A stretch of DNA of 62,986 nt, the filler included, from Gonapodya sp. JEL0774 (Eukaryota): assembly GCA_027604505.1 (NCBI GenBank). It is 53 parts of 53 records of this genome, joined end to end, with 100 filler letters (N's around TTAATTAATTAA, not from the genome) between each part and the next. Parts side by side here need not be neighbours in the genome. Positions count along the whole stretch, not along the records: positions 51,247 to 52,332 come from JADIIX010003941.1; positions 52,433 to 53,517 come from JADIIX010003942.1; positions 53,618 to 54,702 come from JADIIX010003943.1; positions 54,803 to 55,887 come from JADIIX010003944.1; positions 55,988 to 57,072 come from JADIIX010003945.1; positions 57,173 to 58,256 come from JADIIX010003946.1; positions 58,357 to 59,439 come from JADIIX010003947.1; positions 59,540 to 60,622 come from JADIIX010003948.1; 45 more parts are not named here. One strand, 5' to 3'. This document shows, one piece after another, positions 51,363 through 62,986 of this stretch; position 1 is the stretch's first letter; every line of letters begins with the position of its first letter. The translations under genes were made by a program, and so were the position numbers. A model generated the notes under the pieces. That model saw only the letters and a list, made by a program, of their open reading frames with translations, did no database searches and had not been told where the DNA came from.

Positions 51363-51765
51363 GCTACTTCCGCGCCTCGTGGACGCTCCGCACAGACATG
51401 ATATCCTCCTTCACATGCCGGCTGATCCAGTACATGAAGGACCACGGGTACCGCAGCGTGGTGCCCCAGCTGCGGGAGGAGGATAAGGGCATGAAGATCT
51501 TGCCCTGGATCGACGAGGAGAACTTCAACCCCAGGTATATGCTCGAGTCGATGCATTTGTTGCCACAGAGGGGGGAGAAGAAGGAGTGGTGGGTTGATGA
51601 GTTGGGGGGTTTTGTGCCGCGTCTGATCGAAATCTCACCGACGTACGGTCGTGCTACCTTTTCGTTTGTCGTATCCGTAGGGCCCACACACAAGACTATT
51701 GGTCGGAAAAGGACGAGTTCCCGCAGATCGATTTCTCGGGCAAGGAGTTTGTGTACGCCGCGTGA
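51363..51765 (+). CDS. EthA-like FAD-dependent (Baeyer-Villiger-type) monooxygenase, last two exons
   Basis: GYFRASWTLRTD, LPWIDEENFNPRY, LLPQRGEKKEW|AHTQDYWSEKDEFPQID; intron 51589-51680. Confidence 0.88.
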
Positions 51766-52155
51766 GGGTGGACGGCCGGTCGTTGCGAGGGTGTGGCGCA
51801 CCGCGGGCGCGGGATCGAGTGATGTGTGTACGTCGTGGAATGTCCGAGACTACGCGAAGGAATGGGCGGTGTAACCACTTGCGGATTCGGGAGTGTAATT
51901 TACATTGTAGATAGAGCGGTAGGGGGAGGGGGCGGGGCTTTTCGACTGAGCGTAATTTGCGGTAGGACGAACATTTTGTACATCGGTAACTTGTGTGAAC
52001 AAACAAGCAGGATTATGCATATACAGCGTAGCTGCGTGATGTGCACTGGTGCGAGGGGTGAAGCGTCGGGCGCTGATCAGGTCCAGCATTGCTTGGCCGT
52101 GGAAACGAAGTGACCAGTTCACCTTCCGAGTGTCGCCACCGATCCTGCTTTGAAC

Positions 52156-52332
52156 ATGAAAAGGCCGATCACGTTCAGCTATGACGAGCTGCCAGTGAGC
52201 CATCGATCTACTCTTTCGCTGTGTTCCGGACGGGGTGGAGCACATTACGGTCTCGTTTCCAACCCCAGGATCTTACGGGCCAGGTCGCTGTCATCACGGG
52301 CACATCGGCGGGTATCGGAAAAGCTACGATGG
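52156..52332 (+). CDS. Short-chain dehydrogenase/reductase, 5' end
   Basis: MKRPITFSYDELP|DLTGQVAVITGTSAGIGKAT (TGxxxGIG). Confidence 0.85.
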
Positions 52333-52432
52333 NNNNNNNNNNNNNNNNNNNNNNNNNNNNNNNNNNNNNNNNNNNNTTAATTAATTAANNNNNNNNNNNN
52401 NNNNNNNNNNNNNNNNNNNNNNNNNNNNNNNN

Positions 52433-53230
52433 GACACAGATGGAAGTCGAGCGCTCGCATTAGGGATTCTAGATATAACTCGGGCATGTGGCGGACGAGA
52501 CATCCCGGCCCGTCACCGGCATCATGCCCGCTAATTCCACACGGCAAAACACCCCACCGAACTCACTCCCAGGACCAGTCCATCTCGCAATTCGCTGTTC
52601 TTCTTTCTTCGCAAGCTCCTCTCTGAAAGCTCGTTCGGACTCGTCTTCTGCGAGAAGGGATTTTACAGTGTTTCGCCGGGCTGTACCGGACATGGAACCA
52701 TCGGGACCCGAAACGGGCAAAGACGAGGTGATTATCTGTTGTAGTACACAGAATGTTTAGATACATGTCCGTAAATGCAGGAGCTGCCGTTCGCGGGTGG
52801 GAGTACGTTACAAAATAAAGTAGCTTTGCTCCACCAAATCCACTCGAGCATTCATAGAATGATCAGGCAATCATCAATCACATAGCACCATTGAGAGACT
52901 CCTTGTTGATTGTGGCGCTCGGAGTTCAGCCAACAATGCGTGGCCACTCTAGTCCATGATCTGCTGTATACTCACCGAGGACCTCCCCCTCCTCTTCCCC
53001 GCTTTTGCCTGATCCTTCATTGCGAGTATCTCATCGTCGGTTGGGATCCTGAAGGGGTTATCTGAGCCCCCAGGAAGCTTCGGCTTGGTCTTCTTCGCCT
53101 TCATCCTGGCGAGGTTCGATGGAAGGCCTCCAATATTGTCGCTGATTCGAGCCGTGGATGATATAGGCGGGAGTTTGGATCGAACATCGGTTGGTACTAA
53201 GACTGGATGGGACACTTGAGCGGAGGCCAT
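52433..53230 (-). CDS. Possible CFAP100/CCDC37-like flagellar coiled-coil protein, N-terminus
   Basis: NPFRIPTDDEILAMKD resembles the CFAP100 N-terminal motif; charged helical exons follow. Confidence 0.4.
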
Positions 53231-53617
53231 ATGTGGACGTTCTATTCTTTGGTTGTGCTTGAAGTTCCCGCATTCGACGCGGATGAAGTGCCGGAAGCAG
53301 TTCCAAGTAATCCCAATTCCTCTCGAGCTACCCCCAAATCAACTGCTCACACCACATATTATCGGTACTACTGTTCATGTTTATAGATGCGAATCTGTGG
53401 GGGAACTTCGACAACCAAGCAGGTATGAGTACGACGTTATCTCAGCAATTACTGTAGACTGCAATATGCGCAGTTCTTGCACGAAACCAAGAATACAAAT
53501 TAATAAATAAATTGGTCNNNNNNNNNNNNNNNNNNNNNNNNNNNNNNNNNNNNNNNNNNNNTTAATTAATTAANNNNNNNNNNNNNNNNNNNNNNNNNNN
53601 NNNNNNNNNNNNNNNNN

Positions 53618-54702
53618 CGCGTAGTCAGAGTATTAGGCTTGAACCCGAGCTCATATACGCTTCAAGGTAAGTGAAGAATTGCAATATCAGACATAAATGG
53701 ATATGAGCTTCTAATTCATATGAAATCGCACAAAAGGCACCAACAACTACATTCTGGGTACTGGAAGAGAGCGCATCATCATTGATTCGGGGGAAGGTAT
53801 CCCTGGCTGGGAAAATACATTGAAGAGCGCGTTGGAGACGGAAGGAGCAACCATCAGTCACATTCTTCTCACACACTTTCACCACGGTACGTTTCCGATA
53901 CGCACCTATGAGGGACGAATTTTCACTTCGGCGATGATCCCCCACCAGACCATGTCGGCGGTATCCCTCAAATCCGCGCAGTCTGCACGAACCCCACCCC
54001 CACCGCGTACAAAAAGCTCTGCACAAGCGTTGGTGACACCATTCCGAGCCCAACATATACCGACATCGCTGACGGTCAGATATTCCGCGTCGAGGGTGTC
54101 ACCGTTCGCGCGGTGGCGACACCGGGTCATTGTGACGACCATATCGCGTTTTACCTGGAGGAGGAACGTGCAATATTCGCAGGGGACTGTGTGCTAGGAT
54201 TCGGAACGACGGTGTTTCAGGATCTTGGGGAGTACATGGGGAGTTTGCGAAAGATGCTAAAACTCGGTGGCGATGAGTCGATAGGGAAGATTTACCCGGG
54301 ACATGGACCTGTTATCGAGGACGGCAAGGGAAAGCTCGAATTTTACATCAAGCACCGGCAGGTGAGTTTCCGAGTTCGTTCCTCGTGGAATCCGCATTTG
54401 AGAGAGGTATGAATCCGTCGATGGCCATAGGACCGCGAGGATCAAATCCTGAGCCTCCTTCAGCGCTCCCACGCCTCTTCTGCCCCCACGTCACCTGTGC
54501 TCGCCCCTGGGTCATACGAGTCCTGGACGATCAAGGAGATGGTAAAGGAAATCTACGCAGCCTATCCACCGCATCTGCAACTCGCCGCGGAAGGGTCAGT
54601 TCTGCAGCACCTCGGGAAGCTTTTGGGGGAGGGAAGAATCAAGAGTGTGGAGGACGGAGGTGTCATAAAGTACATCTTGGTGAAGCTCGAGACGGACAGT
54701 TC
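53618..54702 (+). CDS. LACTB2: LACTB2-like metallo-beta-lactamase-fold endoribonuclease
   Basis: RVLGLNPSSYTLQG|TNNY, ILLTHFHH|DHVGG, TPGHCDDH, FAGDCVLG, IYPGHGP, C-terminal winged helix. Confidence 0.9.
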
Positions 54703-54802
54703 NNNNNNNNNNNNNNNNNNNNNNNNNNNNNNNNNNNNNNNNNNNNTTAATTAATTAANNNNNNNNNNNNNNNNNNNNNNNNNNNNNNNNNNNNNNNNNN
54801 NN

Positions 54803-55470
54803 GCCACCACCTTGCCCTCGTTGACACAGCTCGTGACCATGTCCACCACCACGTAGTCGTCGTCCCAGCGGTCTGGGTCCTGGTCTTCGTTGTCGTCGTG
54901 CGGGGTTGTTGGTGGAGCGGTGGGATTGGGATGGGTGAGGGAGGCGGAAGGGGAAGAGGGCCACGCCAGGGCGGCGGTGAGGAGCGGGTGGGTCGTCGGT
55001 GTGGTGTCGGTGGAAGCGAGGGATGAAAAAGGTTCGAGCTTGATGGTGGTGGAGGGGTCGGGGTCGGGGTCGGGTTTGACATTGGCCACGGTACTGGTGG
55101 AGATGGATGGGACGTGGTTGGTGGGCCGGCCGGGGTCGGACTCGGGAGGGTTCCGTGCCGGTGCTGGGGCCGGCAGTGGTGCCGGGGCAGATGCCGAGGA
55201 GGGGGATGCAGGGTGAGATGTGGACCGGGGGGACGGGGCAGATGGCGCAGGACCGGTCGACGCAGCGACGGATGGCGGCTGTGGTTGAGACGTGACCGTT
55301 GGGGTGGTGGTGGTGGTGGTGGTGGTGTCACCACCCCCGCCTGTGGACGCAGTCGGGGGCACGGTCAATGTGGTCGCCGTGGTTGTGGATGTGGTTCCCT
55401 CGACCGCGGCGTCGGCGTACTTTGCGCAGAGTTCTGCAGCGGCCTTTGTGATGTTGCGGATGCGGCATCT
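54803..55470 (-). CDS. Hypothetical Pro/Thr/Ser-rich protein exon
   Basis: Long open low-complexity frame after a C/A-rich intron-like tract. Confidence 0.4.
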
Positions 55471-56310
55471 AGTGGTGTGGAGGCCGGGTGGTGGTTGGAG
55501 GTGGTGGTGTGTGTGTGGGCGGGTGGGTGAGATGAGGGATTAAAGAGTGAAACTAGTTAGGAATTTTCCAATTGACCAACTTGATGCTCGGCCTGCGCCA
55601 TTCCCCCACCCGCACCCGAATGCAGAGAGCGGAAAGGGGCAATGGACCCGGGCAACGGTGCAAGGGCAGCAGAGCAAAGCAACCGAGCACGAAATGCGTG
55701 TAAACGGTGGTGCACACACACGGTCGGCCGTGGACACACACGCAGACCCACGCACGGACATTTCAAACACCCTCTACCGCCTGGACTCATTTTTTCAACA
55801 GGTGTGTGGCTTACCTTGTGACACTGCCGTAGAGAGTGTTCCTGGCGACAAAGCTTGAGAGATCCCTGGCAGCCAAAGGTCTCTCGTNNNNNNNNNNNNN
55901 NNNNNNNNNNNNNNNNNNNNNNNNNNNNNNNTTAATTAATTAANNNNNNNNNNNNNNNNNNNNNNNNNNNNNNNNNNNNNNNNNNNNTTCTTCTGAATGC
56001 TCTCTGTGGTGCATTTACCAGGCAATGCAACGGAATTGGTTTAGTTCCCGCACCACAGAGTACGTCGAGATCTTCGACATTCATTTCTTCTTTTGAAGTA
56101 ACATTCAGTTCTTGTGCCTTCGCACATAGCTCAGATTGCTACTCGGGCAACATGAGCGTGATCATCTGGTTGTGTAGTAGGCACCAACCACAGTCCCATT
56201 CGCCGAGGATTCCATATATATACTAGACGTTCTAGAATCAAACAGAGAGCCCTTCTACGATTTGAGTCAATTTTTCATTTCTTTGCTCGATCTTTTCATG
56301 TATATGAATT

Positions 56311-57072
56311 TCATACTGCCGCAGACTTATCGACCTTGGGAGTTTCTGAGGTTTTCTGTCCCGGCATCTTCGTATCCCCAGTTCCGGGTCTGATAGATGG
56401 ACGTGCTGAGGAAATGAAACTTGATGTCTTTGCTCGAGATTGACTGCTTTGCGATCCCGAATTACCGCCAACCGACGATCTGGACTTGGGACGGTAGATT
56501 CTCATGTACTCGTAGTAGAAGAATATGACGCTGATGTTGACACCATGGAGTTGACCAAAGAAGGAAGTGATTACGTAGAGGGCAAAGATACTGTCTGTCG
56601 GGCTCACGATACTTTTGGGTGACAGTGATGACCGTGTGAATGGGATATACCTAGGGTACTGGTCTGCGCACAAACACACCCACTTCTGAATCCTATTGAT
56701 CGAAGCAAGGGCGATAGACACACAAAAGCCAGCCAAGTACACGCTGATTCTCTGTACATGACCAGCCATGGCGGCATTTGTGCTAACTTGCATTTGGGCC
56801 ATGGTGCGGGCAATGGCGGCTGAAACACCTCGTTCCGAAGCGTTGGTGATACTCAAAGTTCCGAGCAAGATATCAATCAGCTAATAAGACTTTCAGCTTT
56901 TCAGAGAGCTGTCGATCTCACTTGCTGACAGTTTTCCGAAGTGAGAACATTGCGAGACCAAACATCACAATGTCAAACAGGAGAATGATCCACACCGGAA
57001 CATAATAACTGAGTACTCGGAGGCGATCATCAGCGATCCAGCACCATGGACTAGTGTTACGCGATTTCAAGA
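56311..57072 (-). CDS. cAMP-receptor-like (CAR/Crl family) GPCR, C-terminal half
   Basis: PWCWIADD...SYVPVWII (ECL2/TM5), RISVYLAGF...INRI (TM6), GQLHGVNISVIFF (TM7). Confidence 0.75.
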
Positions 57073-57172
57073 NNNNNNNNNNNNNNNNNNNNNNNNNNNN
57101 NNNNNNNNNNNNNNNNTTAATTAATTAANNNNNNNNNNNNNNNNNNNNNNNNNNNNNNNNNNNNNNNNNNNN

Positions 57173-58256
57173 CAGGGTTATGAATTCCCAATCTTGACCT
57201 CTTAACGTACCATCCCGCGCAAAGCACTCTCAAGCTACGAAAATTATTTTCGATGGTAAAACTGCCACCGGCGTTCAGCTTCGACAAGGTACCACCGTGG
57301 ACGAAATGAAGAAAGCGAAGGACCAGGTGGTGAAGGCCAAAAAGGAGGTCATCCTCTCTGCTGGAGCCTACGGATCACCGTGGCTTCTCATGCTCTCGGT
57401 GAGGTCTCGTTACTCAGGGCTCAGTTAATACCACATTAACTGATATCCGAATATTCCGGACTTTTTCGGGACGCAGGGAATTGGCGCAGCTTCCCACCTC
57501 CAAAGCTTCGGTATCAAGCCAATCGTAAGTTCCGATGATGGTGACCCAAAAAACGGAAATCGAGCAAGAGAAATAAACCTTATTACGTCCTAGGTTGATC
57601 TGCCCGCGGTTGGCAAGAACCTCAAGGTGCGCTAATCCCCAACAAGCGCACCAAACCCAATTTTGCTTATGACAGGGTGGAACATTAAACGTTTCGCTTT
57701 TTCCTTGAAGGATCACCTCTACGTCAGTGTGTGCTTCGCGACTAACAAACAGATCTTCAGCGTGTACAGGCCCGGTCTTGACATGATCCAAGCATCGCTC
57801 AGTGCGATTGTGCGTGGAACTGGTTTTGCCGCTTACCTTCCGGTGAGCATAAGCTACACTGACACAGTTGGTTAATCAGAGAGGAAGGCTGATACCGCTC
57901 TGTTCATCTAGTACCAAGTCATTGTGCACACAGATTCGGGAATGGACCCCAAAAAACTGAAACCAGATTTGCAATTCTACGGAATGCCACTGTTCATTTC
58001 GTGAGTAACAGTTGCTGGTGATGTACGCCTTGGAGTTCTGATATGTACTGTGCAACTACTACAGAGGACCTCCAAACACATTTACTGACGTCAAAAAGGC
58101 CACAGATGTCGATCCCATCGATCCAGTAGGCAAGTACACCCACGCCTACACCATCATGCCTACTCTCTTGAATCCCAAGTCGGCGGGCTCGGTGACTCTG
58201 AAGAGCGCCGACCCCCTTGAGTACCCTATCGTTGACCACCGATTCCTTGAGCATCC
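57173..58256 (+). CDS. GMC oxidoreductase, internal fragment
   Basis: AKKEVILSAGAYGSPWLLMLS|GIG, DLPAVGKNLK|DH, PDLQF, LLNPKSAGSVTLKSADP. Confidence 0.95.
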
Positions 58257-58356
58257 NNNNNNNNNNNNNNNNNNNNNNNNNNNNNNNNNNNNNNNNNNNN
58301 TTAATTAATTAANNNNNNNNNNNNNNNNNNNNNNNNNNNNNNNNNNNNNNNNNNNN

Positions 58357-59439
58357 TTCTTTCTGGTACGGCGTCCCCCCATCTCAACCCCACGGCACTC
58401 ACCTCAAGCGCCGAGAGCGCACACCACTCACCTTCATCCGTGGGAGGTATTTCGACTTCGTCTCCAGGTCCGGAAGAGTTTATTCCGCTCGATGGGTTCA
58501 CTGAGGTGGCGAGGAAGAGGAAACGAACAGGAGCGGGGACCGATGCAGCTACAGAGGCGGGGGGGAATCAAAGAGTGAGTTCTGAAGGGGAGAAAAACGC
58601 TGAGCGAAACGGGGAAACGCCGGGGGGAAACAGGAGACCGGTGTCTTATCGGGATGCACTCACCTCGGGCAACAACAAGCCAATCCGCCCGAATCGAAAA
58701 GAGACGGACTTCGCCCGTCCATCCCGTATCGCCATGATGTTCCAAGAACGTCCCGCGCCGCGGACCTTCGTCTGCGTGTTCGTACGCCCCCGGAACGTTA
58801 TGCCACTGGTCGAGGCCTCACTGAAGGAGCGGCGGAAGCGAATAGGAGGCTTGGTACGGGAGATGGGGATATACCGAGAGGTTCAGGCGGCGACAATGAT
58901 CCCTGGGGGGACAGTGGAAATGATTGTGGGGAGGGAAGACGAACAGGCAGTGGTCGACGCAGCACACAAGTTCGGCTTCACCATCGACGACAAGGCGGAC
59001 CCGTTCGCCCCGCCGAAATTCTCTCGCCTGTCAATCGAACAGACGAATATTATAACGGCGAGGAGAACTGCGGATTTATGCAGGATGTCTTGGTCGAGGG
59101 AATTCCAGGAAACAGTGCTGGAGGGGACCACCGAAGAGATGCGCGCTCTTGTACTCATCGAGTACAGGAAATTCGTTCGAAATGAATACGCGAAACTCGG
59201 GCACTGGGGACGGTCGTATTGGAAGGGCAAGGATGTGAACGGGATCGGAGGTGCGGCAGCACACATAGTGGTCGACGCACCCACCGACCAACATGGGGAC
59301 GTCGACATGGGAACTTCAGGCCTGGGCTTAGCCCGCGCATGAAGTTCCTCATGGCAAACGTAGAAGGGCTCACGGGCAAGGCGAAGGTGGTCAGTAAGGC
59401 CGCCCGTGAGCATGAAGTGGACATCTCGCTTCTCTGCGA
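58357..59439 (+). mobile_element. Non-LTR retrotransposon (LINE): ORF1 3' part (to 59342) and start of the ORF2 APE endonuclease (from 59339)
   Basis: Intronless ORF1 of more than 300 aa with SYRDAL. ORF2 begins MKFLMANVEGL...VDISLLC(E), the APE NxxGL / DixxlxE motif. Confidence 0.8.
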
Positions 59440-59539
59440 NNNNNNNNNNNNNNNNNNNNNNNNNNNNNNNNNNNNNNNNNNNNTTAATTAATTAANNNNN
59501 NNNNNNNNNNNNNNNNNNNNNNNNNNNNNNNNNNNNNNN

Positions 59540-60570
59540 TCTCCTTATGATCGTAGGATTGATTTTACGTCAGCTTGGATACTGGAATGCAAAATAATCG
59601 ACAAGCTCACATCTATAGAATCCGCAATGATGATTGGTTGGCCGGCGTGATCCCACTCGTATATAAATCTTCGTCTGTCAGGGCCGGCAAGCGGGGCATT
59701 CGTTTGAACAGCTCGCTCATCCCACTGGTTTTCATTGTTGTATTTGATGTGCCTGGGCTCAGGATGCGTCTCGTTTCGAGATAACGGCTGCGGTAGTGGA
59801 GGTGCCGGTTCCTCGCTCCCGCTTTGGTTCAGTGACAACCGATGCCAATGAGAGGACCGAGCAACATCTAAAACCTCAGGAGACCATATCCTTGAATTTG
59901 AAGGTTCGAATCACCGGTTTTGACGTCTGTTCTTGAAAATACAGAACTACAAGCTTCCTGCTCTTACCAAGTATACGGGTCATGTACTTGTGGCTTCCCG
60001 AACTCCTTGATTCGCTCACTCTGACCAAGGTTGAATATATTTAAACACTGATTCTCCACCAAGGTAGCTCGCAGGTTGCACCACTCACCTCACGAGACCA
60101 TTTCTGGCGAAGTTTCTGCGTAGCATCAGCGATGTCAATCTCCTTCTTTTGACTTTCTTGAATGAGAGCCGAGGCCATGCCAGCAGGTTGCTCAGAAGAG
60201 GCGTTATGGACACTGCAGGTGGTGGAGATCTCTTGGATGTTAGCGTGAGGATCTTTCGTCGGTTCCACATTCGGTCGTTGAGTCGCATTGTCCGATGCGA
60301 CAGGAGATGTGGGGTTGGCCAGAGGTACTGCAGTTTGCGGGCTAGATTCACGATTCAAGGAAGCTGTGTAGTCCTGAATATTCCTTTCAAACATATCGAG
60401 CTTCGTCATATCCGGAAGTGCATCATGAAGTCGGAGATCGTCAAGTTCTCTCATTTCTTGTTCGAATTTCATTTTGGCGAGAAGTTTGCGAGCCATGCGA
60501 CCTGGATCCAAGCGGAAAATTAACGCTCGGTGTTGTGTGATTATGTACTTGAGAATGAAGTCTCACCTCG
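59540..60570 (-). CDS. Hypothetical multi-exon protein fragment
   Basis: Open exon (LDPGRMARKLLAKMKFEQEMRELDD...) bounded by GT-AG. No family recognised. Confidence 0.4.
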
Positions 60571-60722
60571 CCAAATAGTCTGCGTTATTATCACTCTCTT
60601 TGTCTTAATACGAAATAGTTCCNNNNNNNNNNNNNNNNNNNNNNNNNNNNNNNNNNNNNNNNNNNNTTAATTAATTAANNNNNNNNNNNNNNNNNNNNNN
60701 NNNNNNNNNNNNNNNNNNNNNN

Positions 60723-61760
60723 ATCAAGCAGTAGAGCAACAACCTGTGTGTGCCCGTTCCAAGCCGCTCCTCGTAGAGCTCGCCCTTTTGTGTAAAGCGT
60801 CCACATTGACACCCTGATCCAGCAGGAACCGAACCACCTGAACGTGACCGGCCCTTGCAGCCATGTGCAATGCATCATCATCGTTTTCGAGAATGTCTGC
60901 ACCGTTGTCCACCAGGTGTCGAACCATTTCAACGTTTCCGCAGTGACATGATTCTGTGAGACGTCGCTAAATGACCGTTCGATTCCACACCCTGAACGTT
61001 CGCGCCAACTTCAACAACCTCCGTACGGTCTCTATATTGCCAGCATTAACTGCAGCTTCCAGTGGTGTCACTCTTCACCTGGGACCCTCGGGGATTCCGT
61101 TCACATCGAACCCCGGCCTACCTCACTCACTCATAAATCGCCTCGACCATAAGATGCTGTCCAGTTTCGAGTCTCGAAGCCTCCTACACCAGGGCCCTCG
61201 CCGAGAGTTTGTAGTGCGCGATCGCACTGCGCTCGATTCTTGTCGGAGATTATAGGACGTTTTCCGAATATCGACCATCACCGTGTCCCACACTTTGCCC
61301 CCTAATCTTCAAATCCGTACCGATCTGCCAACACCAGCAGCTCCAGGCATGATAGTGACTGTGTGCTCTGGAGGTAGAGACAGATGGCTTGGCTTAAGTT
61401 AGGCACCTCATACTTGAACGCAAACACGACGAGCCGGGTCAATCGATCAATGTGCCGCTCCTTGGAGAGTATTTGCCACAATGCGAGACCAGATTGAATG
61501 ACCGTTCAGCCAAGAGTAATAGGCGTGGGTTGTTGATTGCAACTCAGGAACGCGGATGATCTGCGAATGCGTCAGCTTTTTGGTCCCCCGTTTCTCATGG
61601 CAATGTCATCGACGTAACTCACCGGTGCTCGTTCATCCATCTCCAAACTCTCTTTCTCACCCAACTGTTTCTTGAAGAACCCTCACCACGCCAGTTGTGA
61701 CTGACAGAATTTGTACCGAAGAACACAACCGTCTTCGCCGATAGGCATATCGGCAGCGGC
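60723..61760 (-). pseudogene. BTB/BACK plus ankyrin-repeat pseudogene
   Basis: BTB/BACK-like LVVFAFKYEVPNLSQAICLYL...LELLVLADRYGFED*. Ankyrin repeats TPLEAAVNAGNIETVRRLL, ALHMAARAGHVQVVRFLLDQG and ALRGAAWNGHTQVVALLLD are split by stops and frameshifts. Confidence 0.75.
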
Positions 61761-61912
61761 GGGGTCGCTTGGAGAGCAAGATCCTGGACTAAAGCGAGTC
61801 TCTANNNNNNNNNNNNNNNNNNNNNNNNNNNNNNNNNNNNNNNNNNNNTTAATTAATTAANNNNNNNNNNNNNNNNNNNNNNNNNNNNNNNNNNNNNNNN
61901 NNNNTTCAACTC

Positions 61913-61918
61913 TATAAA
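61913..61918 (+). promoter_or_regulatory. Possible TATA box upstream of a hypothetical gene starting near 62088
   Basis: TATAAA followed by a pyrimidine-rich leader and an ATG. Confidence 0.3.
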
Positions 61919-62986
61919 GGCGCGCTTCCACGCTGCGCACTTGAGTCCATCGCACTCGTATTACCGCTGTCCTTTTTTCCTCTTCCTCCCTGGGGCCTTC
62001 TTGGATTCCCTCTTTCCGTCTGGGGACCTCTCTGTTGTCCCCGTTGGAGTCGCGTGATCAACCCCCTCTCTTCCACTCTCCTCAAGCATGGTCAAACCAC
62101 CGCCTGACACGGAATGCATGGTATGTGCTGAACACACTGAACTCAGCCACTTCTATCCCGTCTCTTCTCCTTTTCTCACGTCTTTGTTCTCTTGGACTTC
62201 CCATTCATGTGGCCACTTTCGGGCTCAACAAACGTTCAAGTCTTCGTACATCACAAGACCGCTCGAATGGTCGATTATGGATGCACAGCAGAGATTTCAA
62301 GAGAGTGAGTTTGAGCGGAATGATTTCTCTGGTTGATACGGGGAGGTGGACATGTTCTCTGTCAATTCTGACCACTCGCTTTGAACCTATTACCGCCGCA
62401 TATGGCACTCAGCACCTCCAACATTCTCCATCTCTGACCATCCACCACGCGTTTCCTCGCCTTCCTTGTCCCACTCCAACCCGGCAACCCAAACAAGCAT
62501 TCTTCCACAACGGACACACTTGTGGTTCCCACCACCCTCGATTGCACTCCCCTCATCCTTCCCTTCTCAGCCATCTCAGCCACCCCAACAACCCGCGGCG
62601 CCTCCTCCGAATCTCATCTTGCGCCGCGTCCACCCAGCCGGACTGATCGAATTCGAGATTGACGGCAGCGATCCATCTCAGGCCGTCCAGCAGGACGAGG
62701 GGACAATGGAGGAGAGGCATGAAAGACAGCGTGCGCGGATGCTTTTGAATCACTGGTTGGGTAGAGATAGGGTGGAAGAGCAGGACCAGGACCTGCACCG
62801 TGAGGCCGAGAGACAATCGACGAACCATGCACGGGACAGCGACAGCACTTCTGCCGTGCCACCCTCAATCAGGAATGGAGAAGATGACGCAAACACAGAT
62901 AGAGATGTATCTTTTGTGGATATAGGGGACGACACAGTGATGTCAGGCGCAGGGAGTTCTGAGACCACATCCACAAGCATTGGCGC

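Noticed and set aside
1099..61904. Regularly spaced TTAATTAATTAA repeat resembling an array
   Set aside because: It is embedded in N runs at fixed geometry and is an assembly linker, not CRISPR or a biological repeat.

Overview
This window is not a contiguous locus. It is an artificial concatenation of 53 short contigs (about 1098 down to 1082 bp, sorted by decreasing length), joined by 100-bp spacers (44 N + TTAATTAATTAA + 44 N), so adjacency between contigs has no biological meaning. The DNA is eukaryotic and rich in short GT-AG introns. Fungal-type genes (Sfp1-like, Osm1-type fumarate reductase, PMC1, Agd3-like) occur together with ciliary genes (RPGRIP1L, possibly CFAP100), which points to a zoosporic fungus (chytrid in the broad sense; inferred). 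Most contigs carry partial genes: housekeeping genes, metabolic enzymes, F-box/RING/BTB-ankyrin proteins and two GPCRs. Three retroelement fragments are also present: an intact Gypsy integrase, a CpG-decayed Copia and a LINE ORF1/ORF2 junction. The most notable item is at 50061-51146 (-): a phage/giant-virus-type tandem HNH-like zinc nuclease with a NUMOD1-like DNA-binding module, which only becomes one reading frame after two spliceosomal introns are removed. Other points of interest are a rhodopsin-like class A GPCR, a bacterial-type EthA-like monooxygenase with introns, and signs of CpG methylation decay in a transposon. All family assignments come from motif recognition by eye; no searches were run.
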